A stretch of 64,000 bases of DNA from Candidatus Latescibacterota bacterium (lineage in GTDB: Bacteria; Latescibacterota; UBA2968; UBA8231), in assembly GCA_965204725.1 (NCBI GenBank), contig OZ242005.1:928001-992000 (forward strand). The letters are read 5' to 3'. Shown here in pieces: positions 57,353 to 64,000 of the stretch (position 1 is the first letter of the stretch; every line of letters starts with the position of its first letter). Made by a program: the position numbers and the translations under genes. The notes beneath the pieces are model-generated. The model was given only the letters and a program-made list of their open reading frames with translations, ran no database searches and was not told the DNA's origin.

Positions 57353-57986
57353 CGTGCTGCTCCTGTTCTACTCCCCTATATGGGAACTCGATGTGGATGT
57401 CATCTACCTTGCGGGCGAGGTATAACAATGGGATCTCAACTTCATTCCCCTCACTGTCATAGATACAGACTTCTCTAAGTAAAAGTTCTCGCAGCTTTCC
57501 CGTTTCCGAAAACGAATCCACCCATCCGGCATAGGTGATGTTCTTTTCAAAATCCCGCAAGTGAATATACTCAACTTCGGCTCGAGAGGAGTTGAAGGTG
57601 AAGTCCCAGACATCTTCGTCTCCGTACTTTTGGGTTACTCGAATGAACTGTAGGAAGCGAGTTAGCCATTTGTAGGTGCTACCAGCGATCCAAATTATTG
57701 CTAGAAAAAACGAAACTGGTAATGACCATAAAACCTCATCGACAAAATCTCCAATCGACAGCGTTTTAGGGTCAGCTTGGCTAATCCACAGAGTCGAAAA
57801 CTCTTTTCCCAGACACGCATAGACGATATAGACTGCCGCGTATGTCATAAGACCGAATATAAAAGCTCTGATGAGAAATTCGGCTTGGCTTGGTTTGGCT
57901 TTTTGGGCATAGCGCATATCGAGCTGAGCCCAGATCAGGCCCGGCAGAAACACAATTGCAAGCTGAACAAGTAAGATATTCATCAA
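57333..57986 (-). CDS. Hypothetical multi-TM membrane protein (DUF6338-like)
   Basis: IVFLPG, three hydrophobic helices, DVWD, Y.GW...S, beta-rich C-terminus; AT-rich relative to flanks. Confidence 0.65.
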   Translation of the reverse strand: MMNILLVQLAIVFLPGLIWAQLDMRYAQKAKPSQAEFLIRAFIFGLMTYAAVYIVYACLGKEFSTLWISQADPKTLSIGDFVDEVLWSLPVSFFLAIIWIAGSTYKWLTRFLQFIRVTQKYGDEDVWDFTFNSSRAEVEYIHLRDFEKNITYAGWVDSFSETGKLRELLLREVCIYDSEGNEVEIPLLYLARKVDDIHIEFPYRGVEQEQHDAQRST

Positions 57987-58223
57987 TCGTCTCCCGGCGT
58001 TTCAGGCCATCCATTCGGCGCATCCCTCCCATAAAGACCGGCAGTTCCTGTGCGAATATAGCAAACGTTGGGTGTGGCGCAACGTCGTCAGGATAAGCCC
58101 GCTAGGACGAGCAGAGAAGCGGAAATCGCCTTTTGCCCTATATTTTATACGTCCCCTCTACGACGAAAGGGCCATACATGTCCAAACGAGAGAACATGAC
58201 GCACGAGGAGAGCGAAAAGGGCC

Positions 58224-58336
58224 GCGTCTTGGCCCTAGAATTCGGTGCCAGCGCCGAGGATGTCGCTCGCACCGTCCACGCACACCCGGCACTGTCAGAG
58301 GTCGTGGGCGAGGCGGCGCGGGCCGCAGTGCCATGA
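58224..58336 (+). pseudogene. Displaced lpdA 3' fragment (direct repeat copy 2)
   Basis: Encodes [36 protein letters not shown]; TGA overlaps the SDR ATG. Confidence 0.8.
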
Positions 58337-59106
58337 GGCTCGCCGACAAAGTCGTCCTCATCACCGGCGCGGGATCGGGGATTGGCCGCCAAACCGCGCT
58401 GCACTGCGCCCGTGAAGGCGCGCACGTTGCGGCCGTTGACCTCAACGCGACCACAGCGGAGCAAACGGCCGACGCCATCGCGGCCGACAACGGGCAGGCC
58501 ATGGCCATCGCGGCCGACGTGTCCCGCGCGGCCGACTGCGAGCGCATGGTGCAGCAAGCCGAAGCCGCTTATGGACGCCTCGACGTGCTGTTCAACAACG
58601 CCGGTATCTCGCACCACGCCGACGCCGACGCCATCGACACCGAAGAAGAGGTTTGGGACCTGACTATGGCGGTCAATCTCAAGGGCGTCTTTTTGGGCTG
58701 CAAATACGGCATTCCGGCCCTGCGCCGCGCCGGCCGCGGCGCGATCATCAACACCGCCTCTTTTGTCGCCTTGCTCGGAGCGGCCACGCCTCAACTGGCC
58801 TATACCGCCAGCAAGGGCGGGGTCCTCGCGCTGACGCGCGAGCTAGCCGTGGTCCACGCGCACGAAAACATCCGCGTCAACGCGCTCTGCCCCGGCCCCT
58901 TGCACACCGAGTTGCTGATGCAATATCTCGACAGCGAAGAGAAGCGCCAGCGCCGCCTGGTTCACATCCCCATGGGCCGCTTCGGCGAGGCGGAGGAAAT
59001 CGCCCGCACGGTCGTCTTCTTGGCCTCGGACGACGCCTCCTTCATCACCGGCGCGACCTTTGTCGTCGATGGGGGCATCACCGCCGCTTACGTCACCCCA
59101 GAGTGA
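58333..59106 (+). CDS. Short-chain dehydrogenase/reductase
   Basis: [22 protein letters not shown]. Confidence 0.92.
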   Translation: MRLADKVVLITGAGSGIGRQTALHCAREGAHVAAVDLNATTAEQTADAIAADNGQAMAIAADVSRAADCERMVQQAEAAYGRLDVLFNNAGISHHADADAIDTEEEVWDLTMAVNLKGVFLGCKYGIPALRRAGRGAIINTASFVALLGAATPQLAYTASKGGVLALTRELAVVHAHENIRVNALCPGPLHTELLMQYLDSEEKRQRRLVHIPMGRFGEAEEIARTVVFLASDDASFITGATFVVDGGITAAYVTPE

Positions 59107-59207
59107 GGCCGCTCATGCGCTTTGCGGTCGCAATAACGCCGCGCTCGCCGAGCCGTTGGACTTATTGAACTTCCTGTAACCACCGCACAACTCAGAAAGG
59201 GCAAACC

Positions 59208-60521
59208 ATGAGCGAGTTTTTTAAGGGCATTGAAAAAATTGCGTACGAAGGCCCAGATTCCAAAAACCCCCTAGCCTTCAAGCACTACGACGCCAAGGCG
59301 ATGGTCGGCGACAAAACCATGGCCGAGCACCTGCGCTTCTCCGTGGCCTTTTGGCACAGCTTTAAGGGCGGGGGCATCGATCCCTTCGGCCCAACTTCGG
59401 TGTACGACCGGCCTTGGGACCGCGCCGCCGACCCCATGCAGCGCGCCGAGGACACCCTGCGCGCGGCCTTTGAGTTCATTGCCAAGTTAGGCGCGCCATT
59501 CTACTGCTGGCACGACCGCGACATCGCGCCCGAAGGCGAGACCCTCAAAGAGACCAACGACCGCCTCGACCACGTCGTGGGGCTGGCCGAGCAATTGCAA
59601 GCCGACACAGGCGTCCGCTTGCTGTGGGGCACATCCAACTGTTTCTCGCACATGCGTTTTACCCACGGGGCCGCCACCAACCCCGACGCCCACATCTTCG
59701 CTTGGGCCGCGGCTCAGATCAAGAAGGCCATGGAATGTACCCATCGGCTCGGGGGGGCCAACTACGTGTTTTGGGGGGGACGCGAGGGGTACTCCAGCTT
59801 GCTCAATACCAATATGGCCCACGAGCAGGACCAACTCGCACGCCTCTTGCGGATGGCGGTCGAACACAAAAAGGCGATTGGCTTTACCGGCACTCTGCTC
59901 GTGGAGCCCAAACCCAAAGAGCCGACCAAGCACCAATACGACTACGACGCCGCGGCCGTCTTGAGCTTTCTCCGCAAATACGACCTGTTGGACGAGTTCA
60001 AGCTCAACGTCGAAGCCAACCACGCGACCTTGGCCGGCCACACCTTTGAACACGACCTCCAACTCGCCTCGGCCGAGGGCAAACTGGGCAGCATAGACGC
60101 CAACCGCGGCGATTACCTGCTCGGCTGGGACACCGACCAATTTCCCACCGACCTCTACTCCACCACCCACGCCATGCTGGTGATTCTCAAACAGGGCGGC
60201 ATCGGCCCCGGCGGCGTCAACTTCGACGCCAAGGTGCGGCGCGGCTCCTGCGACTTGGACGATCTCTTTCACGCCCACATCGGCGGCATGGACTCGTTTG
60301 CCCGCGGGCTAACGCTGGCCCAGCGCATCCTCGACGACGGCGCGCTCGACGCTTTTGTGGAGGCGCGCTACGCCTCGTACCGCAGCGGCATCGGCGAGAA
60401 AATCATGCGCGGCGAGACCAACTTTGCCGAGCTAGAGGAATACGTTCACCTGCACGGCGAGCCGGAACGGCGCAGCGGCCGCGAGGAAATGCTGGAAAAC
60501 ATCGTCAATAGCTATTTGTGA
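59208..60521 (+). CDS. xylA: Xylose isomerase (class II)
   Basis: FWH, WHDRD, WGGREG, EPKPKEP, EANH, GWDTDQF, NFD. Confidence 0.96.
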   Translation: MSEFFKGIEKIAYEGPDSKNPLAFKHYDAKAMVGDKTMAEHLRFSVAFWHSFKGGGIDPFGPTSVYDRPWDRAADPMQRAEDTLRAAFEFIAKLGAPFYCWHDRDIAPEGETLKETNDRLDHVVGLAEQLQADTGVRLLWGTSNCFSHMRFTHGAATNPDAHIFAWAAAQIKKAMECTHRLGGANYVFWGGREGYSSLLNTNMAHEQDQLARLLRMAVEHKKAIGFTGTLLVEPKPKEPTKHQYDYDAAAVLSFLRKYDLLDEFKLNVEANHATLAGHTFEHDLQLASAEGKLGSIDANRGDYLLGWDTDQFPTDLYSTTHAMLVILKQGGIGPGGVNFDAKVRRGSCDLDDLFHAHIGGMDSFARGLTLAQRILDDGALDAFVEARYASYRSGIGEKIMRGETNFAELEEYVHLHGEPERRSGREEMLENIVNSYL

Positions 60522-60551
60522 GGGGCATAAGGAAGGAATAAATCGCGGTAG

Positions 60552-60594
60552 CTAACGTCAGCAGTAGCGCATTGGCCGGTATTGCTGACGTTAG
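60552..60594. terminator. Hairpin between convergent xylA and nadA
   Basis: CTAACGTCAGCA ... TGCTGACGTTAG followed by TTTGTT. Confidence 0.55.
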
Positions 60595-60752
60595 TTTGTT
60601 CAATAGAAGCGACCGATTGCTGCGGCTGATCGTTCAAGCTATTTCGTTCCCAAAAGAATCTCGATCTCTTCGTTATCACAAGTGAGTGTTCTGTTCCTCG
60701 GTGCTCTTTTCTTCATACTGTTTGCTCGGCCGCGCAGCCGGATACTCTTCGC

Positions 60753-61739
60753 TCAATTGTCCCGCGGCACGGCCATCATCCGCTCCAACGCCCGCCGCGC
60801 CCCCGCAATCACCTCGTCGTCCAGCTTGATTTCGTAGCGCTCGTAGAGCAGGGAAAAGTACACGTCTTGCAGGTCGGTGATCTTCATGTAAGGGCAGTGT
60901 AGCCGGCAGCCAATGCAGCCATCGGCCGCTACGAACTCTTGGTGTGGGAAGCGCTGGCGGAGCTGGTGCAACATGCCGTTTTCTGTGGCGATGATGAAGC
61001 TCTTGGCCGCGGGGTACTTTTCTACGGCCTTGAGCATCCCCGTGGTCGAGCACACTTCGTGCGCTATTTCGACTACGTCCTCGCGGCATTCTGGGTGTGC
61101 GATGATGACGGCCTCGGGATACTCGGTGCGGGTGCGCTCGACGCTGGCGGAGCGCAGCACATCGTGCGTTGGGCAAGCACCGTCGTACACGACGATTTCT
61201 TTTTCCGGCACCTGCTCGGCCACCCAGCGGCCCAAGTTGCGATCGGGCGTAAAGAGGATCTTGTCGCTGTCGAGGCTGCGCACCACCGAGACGGCGTTGG
61301 CCGAGGTGCAGCAGATGTCGGACTCGGCCTTCACCTCGGCCGTGGAGTTGACATACGTCACCACCGCGTGATCGGGATAGTCGGCTTTCCAATCGTCGAG
61401 GCTTTCGGGGGTGATGGAGTCGGCCAGCGAACAGCCCGCGCCCAAATGGGGCAAGAACACTTGCTTGTCGGGGCTGAGGATTTTGGCCGACTCGGCCATG
61501 AAATGCACGCCGCAAAAGACGATGCGCTCGGCGTCTGCCTTGGCCGCTTCTACGGACAGCCCGAGTGAATCACCCGTGAAGTCGGCCAAGTCTTGGATCG
61601 GCGGAATCTGGTAGTTGTGCGCGAGGATGACCGCGTTTTGCTCGCGGCGCAAGCGGTCGATCTGGGCGATGAGCTCCTCGGCCGGCAGGTCGCTGTGGTA
61701 CTGCCCGGCGGCTGGGGCGAGCGTCTGTGCGTAGGTCAT
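60753..61739 (-). CDS. nadA: Quinolinate synthase
   Basis: ILAHNYQ, GDS, FCGVHFMAE, AGCSLA, YVNS, HPEC, CPYMK. Confidence 0.95.
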   Translation of the reverse strand: MTYAQTLAPAAGQYHSDLPAEELIAQIDRLRREQNAVILAHNYQIPPIQDLADFTGDSLGLSVEAAKADAERIVFCGVHFMAESAKILSPDKQVFLPHLGAGCSLADSITPESLDDWKADYPDHAVVTYVNSTAEVKAESDICCTSANAVSVVRSLDSDKILFTPDRNLGRWVAEQVPEKEIVVYDGACPTHDVLRSASVERTRTEYPEAVIIAHPECREDVVEIAHEVCSTTGMLKAVEKYPAAKSFIIATENGMLHQLRQRFPHQEFVAADGCIGCRLHCPYMKITDLQDVYFSLLYERYEIKLDDEVIAGARRALERMMAVPRDN

Positions 61740-61945
61740 GGCTTGACTTGCGCTCCTTCGTCGGGGGGGATGGTCTCGGTGCCGTTGGGAAAAACGCGCC
61801 AAAACTCCTTGCGAATGAGGCCGGCGATCATGGCGCTTTTGCTGCTGCCGTGATAGCGGGCAATCGCGTCGAGCATTTCGTGATCGCGGTCGGGTGCTGA
61901 AAAGGTCCGCACCTTTGCCCGGCGGCTCTGATCTTTGGCTGGCAT
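61736..61945 (-). CDS. Ribbon-helix-helix (CopG-like) DNA-binding protein
   Basis: RTFSA beta-ribbon, helix MLDAIARYHG, SKSAMI helix; stop overlaps the nadA ATG. Confidence 0.65.
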   Translation of the reverse strand: MPAKDQSRRAKVRTFSAPDRDHEMLDAIARYHGSSKSAMIAGLIRKEFWRVFPNGTETIPPDEGAQVKP

Positions 61946-62071
61946 GAAACTATTTATTTTTTATATAAATTTTAATTAACATGTATGTAATCTAACGAAT
62001 CGCCAGCGACCCGTCAATAAATATGTAACCATTTTTTAACGAAATTTTCGCAAGGGAAGGGGGACTCGGGC

Positions 62072-63298
62072 TTAGAGCTGGCTAATCCGCTCCATGGCTG
62101 CTTCGATCCGGTCGCGGTGATTGAAGGCCGACAGGCGCAAGTACCCCTCGCCAGCCGCGCCAAAACCCGCCCCCGGCGTCCCGACGATGTGGGCCTTGTC
62201 GAGCAAGTAGTCGAAATAGGCCCAACTGTCCTGCCCGTCGGGCGTGGCTACCCACAAATAGGGAGCGTGCTCGCCCCCATGCACGGTAAGCCCAGCCGCG
62301 CCCAACCGCTGGCGCATGATCGCGGCATTTTCCATGTAGAATGCAACGCGCTCGGCAATGCCCTGCTGGCCGGCCGGCGAGTACGCGGCCGCCGCACCGC
62401 GCTGCACCGGGTACGCCACGCCGTTGAACTTGGTCGAATGACGCCGCGCCCACAGCCGATGCAGGTCTAATTCCTCGCCCGAGCCCGCGCGGCCCGTAAG
62501 CTCCTTTGGCACCACAGTGTACCCACAGCGCAGGCCGGTAAAGCCGGCATTCTTGGAAAAACTGCGGAACTCGATGGCGACCTCTCGACCGCCTTCGACC
62601 TCGTAGATGGAGTGCGGGATGGACGGGTCTGTGATGTAGCTCTCGTAGGCCGCGTCGAATAGAATGACCGCCTGTTCCCGCCGAGCGTATTCGACCCAGC
62701 GGGCCAAGGAGTCGCGGGTCATGGCCGCGCCCGTGGGATTGTTGGGCGAGCACAAGTAGATCAGATCGACGTGTTCGGTGGGCAGGTCCGGGATGAAGCC
62801 GTTTGCGGCCGTACACGGCATGTAGATCAAACCGGCGTACGAACCGTGCGTGTCGGCCGGGCCGGTGCGGCCTGCCATGACATTGGAATCGCAGTACACG
62901 GGATAGACCGGATCGGTCAACGCGACCACGCAATCGCCGGCGAAAATCTCTTGCACGTTGGCCGAGTCGCACTTGGACCCGTCGGAAACAAAAATTTCGT
63001 CGCAGTGAACCGATACGCCGCGGGCGTCAAAGTCGTGCTCGGCAATGGCCGCACGCAAAAATTCTTGGCCTTGATCGGGCGGATAGCCCTGTAAGGTATC
63101 GTCGTGGGCCATTTCTTCGACGGCCTCTTTCATGGCATCGACGATGGGCCGCGGGATGCCTTTGACCACATCGCCGATCCCCAGGCGAAGCACATCGGCC
63201 TGCGGGTGCGCGGCCGCAAACGCATCGACCCGGCGGGCGATTTCTGGAAAGAGGTAACCGGCTTTGAGCTTGAGGTAGTGGTCGTTGATATGCACCAT
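62072..63298 (-). CDS. dapL: LL-diaminopimelate aminotransferase
   Basis: [47 protein letters not shown]. Confidence 0.94.
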   Translation of the reverse strand: MVHINDHYLKLKAGYLFPEIARRVDAFAAAHPQADVLRLGIGDVVKGIPRPIVDAMKEAVEEMAHDDTLQGYPPDQGQEFLRAAIAEHDFDARGVSVHCDEIFVSDGSKCDSANVQEIFAGDCVVALTDPVYPVYCDSNVMAGRTGPADTHGSYAGLIYMPCTAANGFIPDLPTEHVDLIYLCSPNNPTGAAMTRDSLARWVEYARREQAVILFDAAYESYITDPSIPHSIYEVEGGREVAIEFRSFSKNAGFTGLRCGYTVVPKELTGRAGSGEELDLHRLWARRHSTKFNGVAYPVQRGAAAAYSPAGQQGIAERVAFYMENAAIMRQRLGAAGLTVHGGEHAPYLWVATPDGQDSWAYFDYLLDKAHIVGTPGAGFGAAGEGYLRLSAFNHRDRIEAAMERISQL

Positions 63299-63377
63299 GA
63301 CATTGCTTTCTTTGTTTGAGAAGGGAGTAAAAAACTTAACCATAAAACCCGCGATTTCAAGCGGAGGAGAAAAGCTC

Positions 63378-64000
63378 GTGGACCTAAGTTTTATGACCAG
63401 CACCGGCGGCGCGAACCATTGGAGCCTCGACGAATGCGCTCGTTGGGCGCGAGAGCACGATTTTGACTGCGTACGATTGAACGACTCCGGCGCGCTCGAC
63501 TCGGATCACATTCTAGCGGTCGGCCCGGATGCGGTGTTGGCGACCTTGCGCCAGCACGGCCTGTATCTCGCCGCCCTCACCGCGCACTACAACCTGCTCG
63601 ACGACGACCACACCCAAGCCCGCGCCGCCCAAGCCAAGCTGCTCAAGGCCATTGCATCGGCCCGCGCCCTCAACTGCCCAGTCGTCGTCACCAGCAGCGG
63701 CGCACCCGTGCGCAACGGCCAGTTCTACGGCATGTTCTCCTCCGAGCCGGGCAACCCCAGCGACCGTTCCGACGAATTAGTGGACCGCTTCCAAGCCATG
63801 TTTGAACCCGTGGTGCAAGCGGCCGAAGACAGCGGCGTCCGGCTCGCCCTCGACGTGGCCGTGCGCATGGGCCAGATCGGCTGCAACCCGGAGATGTGGG
63901 AAAAAATTCTCGCGGCCGTGCCCTCGAAAAACCTCGGCCTGTCCTGCGACCCTTCGCACTGGCTGTGGATGCACATCCTGCCAGTCGAAGACGTCATCCG
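63378..64000 (+). CDS. Sugar phosphate isomerase/epimerase (TIM barrel), partial
   Basis: GTG after a GGAGGAG RBS; open to the window end; [11 protein letters not shown] motif. Confidence 0.72.
   Translation, partial: MDLSFMTSTGGANHWSLDECARWAREHDFDCVRLNDSGALDSDHILAVGPDAVLATLRQHGLYLAALTAHYNLLDDDHTQARAAQAKLLKAIASARALNCPVVVTSSGAPVRNGQFYGMFSSEPGNPSDRSDELVDRFQAMFEPVVQAAEDSGVRLALDVAVRMGQIGCNPEMWEKILAAVPSKNLGLSCDPSHWLWMHILPVEDVI

Noticed and set aside
58072-58332. N-terminal extension of the SDR, and the 67-aa ORF 58133-58336 as a real gene
   Set aside because: Explained by the duplicated lpdA tail; the SDR Rossmann motif begins just after ATG 58333.
1-64000. tRNA/rRNA genes, integrases, autonomous transposases
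   Set aside because: None recognised by eye; tRNAscan-SE, Infernal and ISEScan would be needed to exclude them.

Overview
GC-rich bacterial chromosomal segment. The gene mix (internalin-like LRR lipoprotein, PhyH dioxygenase, sulfatase, many sugar-acid enzymes, several R-M/TA loci, short palindromic repeats) suggests a host-associated marine bacterium such as a sponge symbiont; this is inference only. Housekeeping and metabolic genes (glnD, amt, eda, msrB, purL, sucA-sucB-lpdA, xylA, nadA, dapL) are interleaved with a partner-switching signalling module and several defence inserts. The standout is a closely spaced five-gene operon at 26.1-31.3 kb. It encodes an XRE HTH regulator, a Cas4/AddB-like Fe-S PD-(D/E)xK nuclease, a long prokaryotic Argonaute with an intact DEDD tetrad but a non-canonical MID pocket, a 119-aa helical orphan and a soluble HExxH metallopeptidase-like protein. 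It is preceded by a sigma70-like promoter overlapped by two tandem TGCT-N10-AGCA operators, and flanked by a type IIG R-M gene, an AAA/DUF4143 ATPase, a DUF1998 helicase-exonuclease fusion and mazEF. Also present: a ~1 kb islet between two 98-bp copies of the lpdA 3' end that differ only synonymously, an unlisted 52-aa peptide gene in that islet, two MITE/REP-like repeat families, a C16 tract upstream of the LRR gene and a sigma54 promoter at hsp20. All calls come from reading motifs by eye; no database searches were run.
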